Below are positions 33,468 to 43,687 of a stretch of 45,920 nt of DNA, one piece after another. A model generated the notes under the pieces. That model was not told the origin of the DNA and made no database searches. It saw only the letters and a list, made by a program, of their open reading frames with translations. Where the stretch lies: contig JBBRFZ010000001.1 of the NCBI GenBank assembly GCA_038241165.1, forward strand, positions 1 to 45,920, read 5' to 3'. Numbering within the stretch: position 1 is the first letter of the stretch; the number at the start of each line of letters is the position of its first letter. This DNA is from Burkholderiales bacterium. GTDB lineage: Bacteria; Pseudomonadota; Gammaproteobacteria; Burkholderiales; Gallionellaceae. The position numbers were made by a program, and so were the translations under genes.

Positions 33468-35627
33468 ATGGATCTACTCAACGGTTTAAATTCTGAACAA
33501 CGCCAGGCTGTTACGCTGCCGCACCGGTCTGCGCTGATTCTGGCCGGAGCGGGCAGCGGCAAGACACGCGTGCTGACCACGCGCATAGCCTGGTTGGTCA
33601 GCACCGGAGCGGTCAGTCCGCAGAATATTCTTGCAGTGACCTTTACCAACAAGGCGGCCAAGGAAATGCTCACGCGTTTGTCGGCGATGCTGCCGATCAA
33701 CACGCGCAGCTTGTGGATAGGCACATTTCACGGCCTGTGTAACCGCATGTTGCGCGCGCATCACCGCGAGGCGAATCTGCCACAGACATTCCAGATACTC
33801 GACAGCGGCGACCAGCTTTCCGCGATCAAGCGCCTGATGAAGGCGATGAACGTGGACGACGAGAGATATCCGCCGCGCGAGATGCAGAACTTCATCAGCG
33901 GCAGCAAAGAGCAGGGGCTGCGCGCGCATGAAGTGGAGGCCTACGATCCCTATACTCGGCGCAAGGTGGAAGTGTTTGCCGAGTACGACGCGCAATGCCA
34001 GCGTGAAGGCGTGGTGGATTTTTCCGAATTGCTGCTGCGCTGTTACGAACTGCTGTCGCGCAACCAGCAACTACGCGAGCATTACCAGGAACGTTTCAGA
34101 CATATTCTGGTGGACGAGTTTCAGGACACCAACCCTTTGCAATACCGCTGGTTGAAGTTGCTGGCGGGCCACAACAATGCGCTGTTCGCGGTGGGCGACG
34201 ACGACCAGTCCATTTACGCTTTCCGCGGCGCCAACATCGGCAACATGCAGGAGCTGCTGCGCGATTTTCAAGTCGAATCGGTGATCAAGCTGGAGCAGAA
34301 TTATCGCTCGCACGGCAATATTCTGGATGCGGCCAACGCGCTGATCAGCCGCAACCAGAACCGACTCGGCAAAAATCTGTGGACTTCGGAAAGTGGCGGC
34401 GAAATGTTGCGCGTGTACGAGGCGCCGACGGATGTGGAAGAGGCGGGATTCATCGTCAGCGAAATCCAGCAACTCAAATCCGAGGGAGTCCATCTCAAGG
34501 AGATAGCTTTACTGTACCGTTCCAACGCGCAATCCCGGGTACTGGAGCACGCACTGGTATCCGCAGGATTGTCGTATCGCGTTTATGGCGGGCTACGCTT
34601 CTTCGAGCGGCAGGAGATCAAACACGCGTTGGCCTACCTGCGCCTGATGCAAAATACCGACGACGACAATGCGTTGCTGCGCATCATCAATTTTCCGACG
34701 CGCGGAATCGGTGCGCGCAGCATCGAACAGCTGCAGGAAACTGCTCGGATGAATTCGACGACACTTTGGGGTGCCGCAGCCCGTGCGGGTGGCAAAGTAT
34801 CGGCGTTTGTCGCGCTGATCGAATTGTTGTGTAGCGCGACACGCGAACTGCCTCTGCCCGAGATAATCGACCACGTGCTGAAACACAGCGGCCTGTCTGA
34901 GCATTACCGGAATGAGACCGGCGCGAAGAAGCGCGAGGCCGAGGAGCGTCTGGAAAACCTGAATGAACTGGTCAACGCGGCGGCACAGTTTGTGCACGAG
35001 AAAGAGAAAGAGAACGAGGACGACAGTCTGACTGCTTTTCTCGCGTATGCGTCGCTGGAAGCCGGCGAACACCAGGCCGGCGACCAGGACGATGCGCTGC
35101 ACCTGATGACTGTGCATGCCGCCAAGGGACTCGAATTTCATTCCGTGTTCATCACCGGGCTGGAAGAAGGATTGTTTCCGCACCAGAACAGCCAGCGCGA
35201 AGACGGCGGTCTGGATGAAGAACGCCGCCTGATGTACGTGGCCATCACCCGGGCGCGCCGCCGCCTTTACCTTACCTTCGCACAGAGACGTATGTTGCAT
35301 GGGCAGGCAAGTTACAGCATGGTGTCGAGCTTTTTGCGTGAGCTGCCGGAAAATCTGTTGCATTGGATCACGCCCAGGGTTGTCCAGCGAAATACTTTTT
35401 TTCAGTATGTTCCACCGCAGCGCGAGATGCCGACGGCCGCGCCGCTGCAGGGTTCCGCCGCAGCTTCCATCTGGCGTACCGGCCAAGCGGTATTCCACGG
35501 GAAATTCGGTGAAGGCATGATCGTGAACATGGAAGGCAGCGGCGCGGATGCCCGCGTGCAGGTGAATTTTCGCAATACCGGGCCGAAGTGGCTGGCGCTG
35601 GAGTATGCGAAACTGACGGCAATTTAG
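33468..35627 (+). CDS. uvrD: DNA helicase II (UvrD)
   Basis: AGAGSGKT, VDEFQDTN, VGDDDQSIY, EQNYRS, HAAKGLEF, EERRLMYVAITRA. Confidence 0.94.
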   Translation: MDLLNGLNSEQRQAVTLPHRSALILAGAGSGKTRVLTTRIAWLVSTGAVSPQNILAVTFTNKAAKEMLTRLSAMLPINTRSLWIGTFHGLCNRMLRAHHREANLPQTFQILDSGDQLSAIKRLMKAMNVDDERYPPREMQNFISGSKEQGLRAHEVEAYDPYTRRKVEVFAEYDAQCQREGVVDFSELLLRCYELLSRNQQLREHYQERFRHILVDEFQDTNPLQYRWLKLLAGHNNALFAVGDDDQSIYAFRGANIGNMQELLRDFQVESVIKLEQNYRSHGNILDAANALISRNQNRLGKNLWTSESGGEMLRVYEAPTDVEEAGFIVSEIQQLKSEGVHLKEIALLYRSNAQSRVLEHALVSAGLSYRVYGGLRFFERQEIKHALAYLRLMQNTDDDNALLRIINFPTRGIGARSIEQLQETARMNSTTLWGAAARAGGKVSAFVALIELLCSATRELPLPEIIDHVLKHSGLSEHYRNETGAKKREAEERLENLNELVNAAAQFVHEKEKENEDDSLTAFLAYASLEAGEHQAGDQDDALHLMTVHAAKGLEFHSVFITGLEEGLFPHQNSQREDGGLDEERRLMYVAITRARRRLYLTFAQRRMLHGQASYSMVSSFLRELPENLLHWITPRVVQRNTFFQYVPPQREMPTAAPLQGSAAASIWRTGQAVFHGKFGEGMIVNMEGSGADARVQVNFRNTGPKWLALEYAKLTAI

Positions 35628-35653
35628 GGCCGTTCTCCGCGCCGGTCGCAGGC

Positions 35654-36433
35654 CTATTTGAACGTTGAATCGTCGCTTTTGAAAATATCGATTTGCGGCG
35701 GGGTCTCCACAGCTTGCTTCAGCGGTGGGAATATGTCGCTATAGCTGGCATACAGCGTGGTGAAGACAAGCGGCAACAGCACCACCCAGCCCAGCATGAC
35801 CGGCATGCTGGCGAGCATCGCCATGAACATGAAGGTGACGCCATACAGCAGCATCGGCATCACGTTGTAGAGAAAGGCGCGCAGGCTGAGCCTCATCGCA
35901 TGAAGCGGGGGTACATTACGGAAGTAAACCAGCATGGGCGCAAATTGCATGGCCATCATCAGCGTGCTGAACAGCACGATGCCCAGCAGCATTGCAAAGC
36001 CTGCTCCCGCGAAAGCATGGATCATTACGTCCGGATTTGTTTCTGGTTGATTGCCCATCATGGCATCGACCAGTGCGGCTCCGCCAACCGCCTTCATCAA
36101 TCCGAGTATCAGGTACTGACTGACCAACGCAAAGCCGCCCAGAGTCACCAGTTGCGCAGTGTGGTGCTTGAAACCCCTTAACAAATGGGCCAGCTCCAGT
36201 TCTTCACCCTGGCTGAGCGCGCGGCAACCGGCCATCAGGCCAACCAGTATCGCCGGCATAAACAGGCTAATCAATGGCTGGCCCACAATCGGCACGCTTG
36301 AGATCGCCAGCGCTGCGATCAGACAGATGAACAACAATACAATCCATAACAGAGGTGCTTTCATAAACAGTGCAAAGCCCTGTTTGATCCATTCCCAGCC
36401 ATTTTTTGCGGGTAGTCGTAGCGGTTCCATCAT
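35654..36433 (-). CDS. BPSS1780-like membrane protein
   Basis: GWEWIKQGFALF, multi-TM, LYASYSDIF; follows thrB. Confidence 0.75.
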   Translation of the reverse strand: MMEPLRLPAKNGWEWIKQGFALFMKAPLLWIVLLFICLIAALAISSVPIVGQPLISLFMPAILVGLMAGCRALSQGEELELAHLLRGFKHHTAQLVTLGGFALVSQYLILGLMKAVGGAALVDAMMGNQPETNPDVMIHAFAGAGFAMLLGIVLFSTLMMAMQFAPMLVYFRNVPPLHAMRLSLRAFLYNVMPMLLYGVTFMFMAMLASMPVMLGWVVLLPLVFTTLYASYSDIFPPLKQAVETPPQIDIFKSDDSTFK

Positions 36434-36453
36434 CTCTCCTTTAGCGCTCCCTG

Positions 36454-37395
36454 TTACAGCCAAAAGGCCTGCTTCGATGAAATGTGGGTCTTCAGAATTT
36501 GCTCGAAGTGAACGGGGTCGTGCGCATTGATCAATTCGCCGTCGCGGGGCAAGTACTTGTCGAACAGACGTGACAGCCAGAATCGCAGCGCCGCGGCACG
36601 CAGCATCAGCGGCCAGGCAAGGTGTTCGCTATCCAGCAGCGGACGCACCGCATGGTAGGCACGCAGGAATATTCGTGTCTTGGTTCTGTCCAGCGTGCCG
36701 TCGCCATGCGTGCACCAATCATTCACAGTGATAGCCACGTCATAGAGCAGCGCATCGCTGCAGGCGAAATAAAAATCGATCAGGCCTCCTATGCGATCTT
36801 CTTCCAGCAGCACGTTGTCGCGGAACAGGTCGGCGTGGATCACGCCCTGCGGCAACAATGCCCAATTCTGCTGCGCGTGCAGTGCGACTTCGCTTTCCAG
36901 CAACACCTTCTGCTGCACATCCAGAAATGGCCTCACCTGCCGGGCGGTTTCGGCGCACCATGCTGCGCCGCGCGGATTGGGCATGACCTGCGAAAAGCTT
37001 TGCCCGGCGATGTGCATCTGTCCCAGCATCGCAGCGATGGCGGCGCACTGCAGGTCGTTGGGTGTGGTGGTGGATTTGCCGCTCAGGCGGCTGACGATGC
37101 AGGCGGGCTTGCCATTGAGCGTGCCCAGAAATTGATTGTGGCGATTCGCCACCGGATTGGGGCAGGGGATGCCATGCCGCGCCAGATGCGCCATCAGATT
37201 CAGGTAGAACGGTAATTCGTCTGCGCCGAGTATCTCGAACAACGTCAGTACAAAACGGCCGTTGCCGGTGGTGACGAAATAGTTGGTGTTCTCGATACCG
37301 GAAGCGATGCCCTGCAGTTCCTGCAGTTGACCCAGCGAATAATCTCTCAGCCAGGCAGTCAAATCCGCTTCGGATACGTTGGTGAAAACTGCCAT
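36454..37395 (-). CDS. thrB: Homoserine kinase (type II)
   Basis: MAVFT, GIENTNYF, IHADLFRDN, IDFYFAC, ALRFWLSRL. Confidence 0.94.
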   Translation of the reverse strand: MAVFTNVSEADLTAWLRDYSLGQLQELQGIASGIENTNYFVTTGNGRFVLTLFEILGADELPFYLNLMAHLARHGIPCPNPVANRHNQFLGTLNGKPACIVSRLSGKSTTTPNDLQCAAIAAMLGQMHIAGQSFSQVMPNPRGAAWCAETARQVRPFLDVQQKVLLESEVALHAQQNWALLPQGVIHADLFRDNVLLEEDRIGGLIDFYFACSDALLYDVAITVNDWCTHGDGTLDRTKTRIFLRAYHAVRPLLDSEHLAWPLMLRAAALRFWLSRLFDKYLPRDGELINAHDPVHFEQILKTHISSKQAFWL

Positions 37396-37397
37396 GC

Positions 37398-37721
37398 CTA
37401 AAAACGATGTATGACCCACTGCGGCGGGCGCACGCCGGAATCCAGACTTTCCTGGCGCGAGAATTTGCCGTCGCCGCGATCATCCACCAGATAATAGGGT
37501 TTGCCCACTTTGGGGATGATCTTGATCATGTACAGTTTCCCGCCAGCGCGATATTCCTCAACGGTCTGCACTTTCTCTTTGGTGATGGTCACTTCAGGTT
37601 CATCACCCACCGCACCACCCATTGCAGGCGGTGGAGGCAGCGGTTCAAGCTTGCCGGGAGCCGATTGGGCAAATGCGGCTAGAGAAAACCCGCCCAGTAG
37701 CAACAAGAATAGGAGGCGCAT
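37398..37721 (-). CDS. DUF2782 family exported protein
   Basis: Signal peptide; EPEVTI, VEEYRAGGKLYMIKI.P..GKPYYLVD. Confidence 0.85.
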   Translation of the reverse strand: MRLLFLLLLGGFSLAAFAQSAPGKLEPLPPPPAMGGAVGDEPEVTITKEKVQTVEEYRAGGKLYMIKIIPKVGKPYYLVDDRGDGKFSRQESLDSGVRPPQWVIHRF

Positions 37722-37806
37722 TGGAGTAGTCACCAAAATTGTAAGGTGTTCATTTTAGCCGATGCGCGCAGAGTCTGTGTGAGTTGCTGCAGGATGCCCT
37801 GATTGT

Positions 37807-38124
37807 TCAGCCGGTGCTCCAGCCGCGCGGACGTTTCATCCCGGCGATCTTGCAGGCTTGCTTTACATAACCATAGGGAAACAGTTCAAATATGGCGTTG
37901 CGTGAATCGGGGCCGAGGCGTTCGCTGAGGTGCTTCATAACATGGCGCACATCCGGCGCGATCTGATGATCGGCATAATATTCGCGCATGAAACGAATCG
38001 CATCCCAATGGTCTTCGTTGAGCGGGATGTTTTCCTGCTGCGCAAGCTGTCTGGCCACTTCCTCGTTCCAGTTCAGCGGTTCGATCAAATACCCTTCTTC
38101 GTCCAGTTCAGGCAGCTGTGACAT
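37807..38124 (-). CDS. TusE/DsrC family protein lacking the penultimate Cys (RspA-like)
   Basis: LDEEGYL, WNEEVA, HWDAI.FMR.YY, LFPYGYVKQACKIAGMKRPRGWSTG. Confidence 0.85.
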   Translation of the reverse strand: MSQLPELDEEGYLIEPLNWNEEVARQLAQQENIPLNEDHWDAIRFMREYYADHQIAPDVRHVMKHLSERLGPDSRNAIFELFPYGYVKQACKIAGMKRPRGWSTG

Positions 38125-38164
38125 TCCAGTCTCCATCACGATATAAAAATGTATTATATTTATA

Positions 38165-38881
38165 TCATAAATACAGCTGCTTTTCACGTTCCGCTTCGGA
38201 TGGCTGAAAACCGCGTGTTTCGTAGTGTTTGAAAATCGCGTCAACGACGGCCTGAGGCTCGTCGATCAACTGGATCAGGTCCATATCTTCGGGGCTGATG
38301 ACCTGTTCATCCAGCAAGGCGGTGCGGAACCAGTCCAGCAGGCCGCCCCAGAATTGTGTGCCCACCAGAATGATAGGGATGCGCCGCGTCTTGCCGGTCT
38401 GCACCAGCGTCAGTGCTTCCATCAACTCGTCCAGCGTGCCGAAACCGCCCGGCATGACTACATAGGCGCTGGCGAATTTCACGAACATGACTTTGCGCGC
38501 GAAGAAATGCTGGAAGGTCTGGCTGATATTCTGGTAAAGGTTGCCGACCTGTTCGTGCGGCAGCTGGATGTTCAGTCCGACGCTGGGCGATTTGCCATAG
38601 AACGCACCCTTGTTTGCGGCCTCCATGATGCCCGGGCCTCCGCCGGAAATGACCGAAAATCCGGCATCCGAAAGAAGGCGTGCGATCCTTTCGGTAAGCA
38701 GGTAATTGGGTTGATCCGGCCGGGTGCGCGCGCTGCCGAAGATGCTTACGGCAGGATGGATCTGGCTAAGCCGTTCGGTCGCAGAAACAAACTCTGACAT
38801 AATACCGAAAACGCGCCAGGCTTCTTTGGAGTTCCATGCTTCCGGTATTGCGGATTTCGGCAATTTGGACGGTATGTTCAT
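38165..38881 (-). CDS. LOG family Rossmann-fold protein (TIGR00730-like)
   Basis: SIFGSAR, GGGPGIMEAANKGA, PGGFGTLDEL. Confidence 0.9.
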   Translation of the reverse strand: MNIPSKLPKSAIPEAWNSKEAWRVFGIMSEFVSATERLSQIHPAVSIFGSARTRPDQPNYLLTERIARLLSDAGFSVISGGGPGIMEAANKGAFYGKSPSVGLNIQLPHEQVGNLYQNISQTFQHFFARKVMFVKFASAYVVMPGGFGTLDELMEALTLVQTGKTRRIPIILVGTQFWGGLLDWFRTALLDEQVISPEDMDLIQLIDEPQAVVDAIFKHYETRGFQPSEAEREKQLYL

Positions 38882-38921
38882 GCGGTTCCTCCGGAATAAA
38901 TTTTAGACAGCGAATAAATCA

Positions 38922-41714
38922 ATGAACGAAGCGAGATTCGATAAAACTTTACTGCTGGTTGACGGCTCATCTTTTCTGTACCGTGCCTTCCATGCCATGC
39001 CGGATCTGCGCAACCGCCACGGCGAACCGACCGGAGCGATCTACGGCGTGCTCAACATGCTGCGCAAACTGCGCAATGATTACCCGGCCGATTATAGCGC
39101 GTGCGTATTCGACGCAAAAGGTAAAACCTTCCGCGACGGCTGGTATCCCGAATACAAGGCGCACCGTCCCGCCATGCCGTCCGACCTGGTGCAGCAGATC
39201 GAACCCCTGCATCAGGCTATCGCCGCTTCCGGATGGAACATCCTGATGCTGGACGGTGTGGAGGCAGACGACGTGATCGGCACGCTGGCGCAGCAAACCC
39301 GTGATGGCGTGCGCTGCGTGATCGCCACCGGCGACAAGGATCTCGCGCAGCTGGTCAACGAACGCGTGACCCTGATCAACACGATGAGCAATGAGACGCT
39401 GGATATTGCGGGGGTGAACAGCAAATTCGGCGTGCCACCGGAGCGCATCGTGGAATACCTGACACTGGTGGGCGACACGGTGGACAATGTGCCGGGCGTC
39501 GAGAAGGTTGGCCCGAAAACTGCCGTGAAGTGGCTCACCCAATACGGCACGCTGGACAATCTGGTGCAGCACGCCGACGAGATAGGCGGCGTGGTCGGGG
39601 AGAATCTGCGCAAGGCGAAAGACTGGCTGCCGCAGGCGCGCCGTTTGATCACGGTGAAATGTGACGTTGAATTGCCGCAGACTTACAGTGAGTTGATCCC
39701 GCCGCAAACTGACAAGGAACAGCTGCGCAACCTGTTCGAACGGTTTGAATTCAAAACATGGCTGCGCGAGTTGGATAGAGGAAAACAGACCTCTTCCCCT
39801 TCACAGGGGGAAGACGGTGATGGGGGTGAATTGTTCAGGGTTTTTAGCCCCTCCCTAACCCTCCCCCTGCAAGGGGGAGAGGATGCAGGTTCGCCCGCCG
39901 GTACCGACAGCGCACATTACGAAACGATACTGACCGGGGCGCAACTTGATGCCTGGATGGAAAGGATGCTCGCCGCCGACCTGGTCTGCGTGGATACCGA
40001 AACCACCGGGCTGGACATGATGAACGCGCAGCTGGTCGGCATATCGTTTGCGACCACGCCTCACCAGGCTGCCTATCTGCCGCTTGCGCATGTCTATCCC
40101 GGCGCGCCGGACCAGCTCGGTCGCGCGCAGGTACTCGCCAAGCTCAAACCATGGCTGGAAAGTGCCAGCCACAAAAAACTCGGGCAGAACCTCAAATACG
40201 ACATGCACATCCTTGCCAACCACGGCATCGCGCTGGCGGGCATACACGACGACACGCTGCTGCAATCCTACGTGCTGGAAAGCCACAAGCCCCATGACAT
40301 GGATAACCTTGCGCTGCGCCATCTCAACGTGAAAACCATCAGTTTTGCCGAAGTGGCGGGCAAGGGGGCGAAACAGATCTGCTTCGATCAGGTGGATATA
40401 GAGACTGCCTCACACTATGCCGCAGAAGATGCCGACATCACGCTGCAACTGCACCGGAATCTGTACCCGCAGATAGCGGTGCAGAGCGGGTTGCTGCATG
40501 TGTATCGCGACATTGAAATGCCGAGCATGCATGTGCTCTACACCATGGAACGCAACGGGGTGCTGCTCGACGCCGCGCTGCTGCAGATACAGAGCCGCGA
40601 GCTGGGTGAAAAACTGATCGCGCTGGAAGCCAAGGCGCATGAAGCGGCGGGGCAGCCGTTCAACCTGAATTCGCCCAAGCAGATACAGGAAATCCTGTTC
40701 GACAAGCTGCAACTGCCGGTCAAGAAAAAGACCCCGAGCGGTACACCCTCCACCGACGAGGAAGTGCTACAGGAACTCGCACTCGATTACCCGCTGCCGA
40801 AAATCCTGCTGGAATATCGCGGCATGGCAAAACTCAAATCCACTTACACCGACAAACTGCCGCAGATGATGGACAGAAAAACCGGGCGCGTGCATACCAG
40901 TTATTCGCAGGCGGTGGCGGTGACCGGGCGGCTGGCTTCCAGCGACCCGAATCTGCAGAACATTCCGATACGCAGTGCGGAAGGACGCCGTATCCGCGAA
41001 GCGTTCATTGCGCCACCCGGCAGCCGCATCGTGTCCGCCGACTATTCGCAGATCGAATTGCGCATCATGGCGCATCTGTCCGGCGATGCGGGTCTGCTTG
41101 CGGCATTCGCCAACAACGAAGACATTCATCGCGCCACCGCGGCGGAGATATTCATGGTCGAGCCCGCCGAGGTAAGCGGTGAACAGCGCCGTTATGCCAA
41201 GGTCATCAACTTCGGACTGATCTACGGCATGTCCCCGTTCGGCCTGGCCAAACAGCTTGGTATCGAGCGCAGTGCGGCAATCGCTTACATCGACCGTTAT
41301 TTCACGCGTTATCCCGGGGTAAGAAACTATATGGACAGCACACGCGAGCAGGCCAAACAGCAAGGCTATGTCGAGACCGTTTTCGGTCGACGCCTGCGGT
41401 TGCCCGAGATCAACAGCAGCAACGGCATGCGTCGCCAAGGTGCGGAACGCGCCGCGATCAACGCGCCGATGCAGGGTACCGCGGCAGACCTGATCAAGCT
41501 CGCGATGATCGCAGTGCAGGACTGGCTGGAAACCGAAAAATTGCACAGCCGGTTGATCATGCAGGTCCATGACGAACTGGTGCTGGAAGTACCGGAGGCG
41601 GAACTGCATCTGGTCAAGAAAATGCTACCCGGGCTGATGTGCGGAGTCGCCGAACTGCAGGTACCTCTGCTGGTGGAACTGGGGGAGGGAAAGAATTGGG
41701 ACGAGGCGCATTAG
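38922..41714 (+). CDS. polA: DNA polymerase I
   Basis: LVDGSSFLYRAFHA, EADDVIG, DTETT, TGRLASSDPNLQNIP, ADYSQIELR, QVHDEL. Confidence 0.97.
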   Translation: MNEARFDKTLLLVDGSSFLYRAFHAMPDLRNRHGEPTGAIYGVLNMLRKLRNDYPADYSACVFDAKGKTFRDGWYPEYKAHRPAMPSDLVQQIEPLHQAIAASGWNILMLDGVEADDVIGTLAQQTRDGVRCVIATGDKDLAQLVNERVTLINTMSNETLDIAGVNSKFGVPPERIVEYLTLVGDTVDNVPGVEKVGPKTAVKWLTQYGTLDNLVQHADEIGGVVGENLRKAKDWLPQARRLITVKCDVELPQTYSELIPPQTDKEQLRNLFERFEFKTWLRELDRGKQTSSPSQGEDGDGGELFRVFSPSLTLPLQGGEDAGSPAGTDSAHYETILTGAQLDAWMERMLAADLVCVDTETTGLDMMNAQLVGISFATTPHQAAYLPLAHVYPGAPDQLGRAQVLAKLKPWLESASHKKLGQNLKYDMHILANHGIALAGIHDDTLLQSYVLESHKPHDMDNLALRHLNVKTISFAEVAGKGAKQICFDQVDIETASHYAAEDADITLQLHRNLYPQIAVQSGLLHVYRDIEMPSMHVLYTMERNGVLLDAALLQIQSRELGEKLIALEAKAHEAAGQPFNLNSPKQIQEILFDKLQLPVKKKTPSGTPSTDEEVLQELALDYPLPKILLEYRGMAKLKSTYTDKLPQMMDRKTGRVHTSYSQAVAVTGRLASSDPNLQNIPIRSAEGRRIREAFIAPPGSRIVSADYSQIELRIMAHLSGDAGLLAAFANNEDIHRATAAEIFMVEPAEVSGEQRRYAKVINFGLIYGMSPFGLAKQLGIERSAAIAYIDRYFTRYPGVRNYMDSTREQAKQQGYVETVFGRRLRLPEINSSNGMRRQGAERAAINAPMQGTAADLIKLAMIAVQDWLETEKLHSRLIMQVHDELVLEVPEAELHLVKKMLPGLMCGVAELQVPLLVELGEGKNWDEAH
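39790..39882. repeat. In-frame double-hairpin palindromic insertion in the polA interdomain linker
   Basis: CCTCTTCCCCTTCACAGGGGGAAG...GATGGGGG and CCCCTCCCTAACCCTCCCCCTGCAAGGGGGAGAGG; arms are inverted copies of each other. Confidence 0.8.
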
Positions 41715-41865
41715 GGTGCCTCTTAAAACCCAACGACGTCGTCCTATATTGATATTGTTCCGCGCCTGGTCTGGCTTATAACCAGACACTTGGCCAACGC
41801 AGTTTGGCGGCTTAGTGGAATGGCTAGTAGCTTTATCAGAAATTTTGATTTTTAGAGGCACTCTA
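41712..41865. mobile_element. ~155-bp MITE with terminal inverted repeats, starting at the polA stop codon
   Basis: TAGGGTGCCTCTTAAAA ... TTTTAGAGGCACTCTA. Confidence 0.65.
41778..41826 (+). repeat. ~50-bp hairpin mini-element, copy D
   Basis: ATAACCAGACACTTGGCCAACGCAGTTTGGCGGCTTAGTGGAATGGCTA. Confidence 0.7.
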
Positions 41866-41945
41866 GGTATGGTTTTATTCTGTGCCAACGCGCCGGACGA
41901 TACTTTGAATTACAATCGCACCCATACATCCAGCCGGAACTTATA

Positions 41946-42989
41946 GTGCAACAACTCACCTTTACCCGTCCTGATGACTGGCACCTGCATCTGCGCGACG
42001 GCGTGCTGATGCAATCGGTCTTGCCCGATACCGCCCGGCAATTCGCGCGCGCCATCGTGATGCCCAACCTGCGTCCGCCGGTCACCACCATTGGGCAGGC
42101 GCAGGCCTATCGTGCGCGCATCCTGGAGGCATTGCCTGCGGGTGCGAAGTTCGAGCCGTTGATGACGCTGTACCTGACGGACAACACCGGCGCGGAAGAC
42201 ATACGTAAAGCAAAATCCAGCGGGATCGTGCACGCGGTGAAGTTGTACCCGGCGGGAGCGACCACCAACTCCGATGCGGGCGTCACCGATCTGCGCAAGA
42301 CTTATGCCGCGCTGGAAGAAATGCAATGCTGCGGCATGCCGCTGCTGGTGCATGGCGAAGTCACCGACCCGGCGGTGGACGTGTTTGACCGAGAGGCGGC
42401 ATTTATCGAGTACGTGCTGCAACCACTGCTGAAAGATCTGCCGGAATTGCGCGTGGTGTTCGAACATATCACCACCAAAGGTGCTGCCCAGTTCGTGGCA
42501 AGCGCTGCGGAAAACATCGCCGCGACCATCACCGCACACCACCTGCTATACAACCGCAACGCGTTGTTCCAAGGAGGCATCCGCCCGCATTACTTCTGTC
42601 TGCCGGTGCTCAAGCGCGAGATGCACCGCGAAGCGCTGGTGAAGGCCGCGACGAGCGGCAGCAGCAAATTCTTCCTCGGCACCGACAGTGCACCGCACGC
42701 ACAACACACCAAGGAAAACGACTGCGGCTGCGCCGGATGCTATACCGCCCACGCTGCCATCGAGATGTATGCCGAAGTATTCGAACAGGCCGGGGCACTC
42801 GCCAAACTGGAAGGCTTCGCCAGTTTTTACGGCGCGGATTTCTACGGCTTGCCGCGTAACACCGACAAGATCACACTGCGCAAAGAGAAATGGCAAGTGC
42901 CTGCGTCGGTGGGGTTCGGCGAGCATCGCTTGGTGCCACTAAGGGCAGGGGAGAAGATGAAGTGGAAGTTGGTTGGGTATAATGGCTAA
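41946..42989 (+). CDS. pyrC: Dihydroorotase (type II)
   Basis: [37 protein letters not shown]. Confidence 0.96.
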   Translation: MQQLTFTRPDDWHLHLRDGVLMQSVLPDTARQFARAIVMPNLRPPVTTIGQAQAYRARILEALPAGAKFEPLMTLYLTDNTGAEDIRKAKSSGIVHAVKLYPAGATTNSDAGVTDLRKTYAALEEMQCCGMPLLVHGEVTDPAVDVFDREAAFIEYVLQPLLKDLPELRVVFEHITTKGAAQFVASAAENIAATITAHHLLYNRNALFQGGIRPHYFCLPVLKREMHREALVKAATSGSSKFFLGTDSAPHAQHTKENDCGCAGCYTAHAAIEMYAEVFEQAGALAKLEGFASFYGADFYGLPRNTDKITLRKEKWQVPASVGFGEHRLVPLRAGEKMKWKLVGYNG

Positions 42990-43467
42990 GGGCCAACGGA
43001 CTTACACATCACAGGAGGTGCTGTGCTGGCGATCTAAGGCTAGTCGGTCTACGGTTAGGCGTCATTATGAGCATTCGAGGGAAGAGGAAAAAATTCCACC
43101 CCGTTGTGACGAATCCAAGTGTAATTTCCATACTCAGCCGCCCACTTGGAATGACAAGCCGCTTCCGTTAATTCTCGACCATATTTCGGGGAACCGAAAA
43201 GATGATCGGCCAGAAAACCTTCACTATCTCTGCCCTAACTGTGATTCGCAACTGTCCACGCGCGGTGGCGCAAACAAAGGGCGAGTGCTTGAGGAGCATG
43301 AAAACGGCTTTACGCTTTTTGACAAGGACACAGGTACTCGAGGCTACACCTTCTTCCCATCCGCCGGTATAATTATGGGGGTTTCTGCAGTGATGTCATC
43401 GTCAAGTGCAAATGAAGAGCCGTCGTTGCCCAGCAAATCTGCCCAGCATCAAAAAGAGTTGGAGTAA
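42982..43467 (+). CDS. HNH endonuclease-like protein
   Basis: [26 protein letters not shown]; lower GC than pyrC. Confidence 0.75.
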   Translation: MAKGQRTYTSQEVLCWRSKASRSTVRRHYEHSREEEKIPPRCDESKCNFHTQPPTWNDKPLPLILDHISGNRKDDRPENLHYLCPNCDSQLSTRGGANKGRVLEEHENGFTLFDKDTGTRGYTFFPSAGIIMGVSAVMSSSSANEEPSLPSKSAQHQKELE

Positions 43468-43687
43468 CCTGCCTAAAATACACAAGGAAAAGCAACTAGG
43501 GACAGCATTGTAGGGTGGGCATAGGGAGACCTCAAGGTCAGATTACAGCCACAGTCGCCGGACGATCAAGAAAGGAAGCTCTGGCAATGTTTGATAGGAC
43601 TTGGCCGATATTTAAGATTTCGATTGCCTCATTAATGATTGACCCATAGCGACAACACACAATTTTGAATAAGCAGGGAGGTGCCAC

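Noticed and set aside
43510-43521. GTAGGGTGGGCA as another REP
   Set aside because: No complementary second arm follows; at most a remnant.
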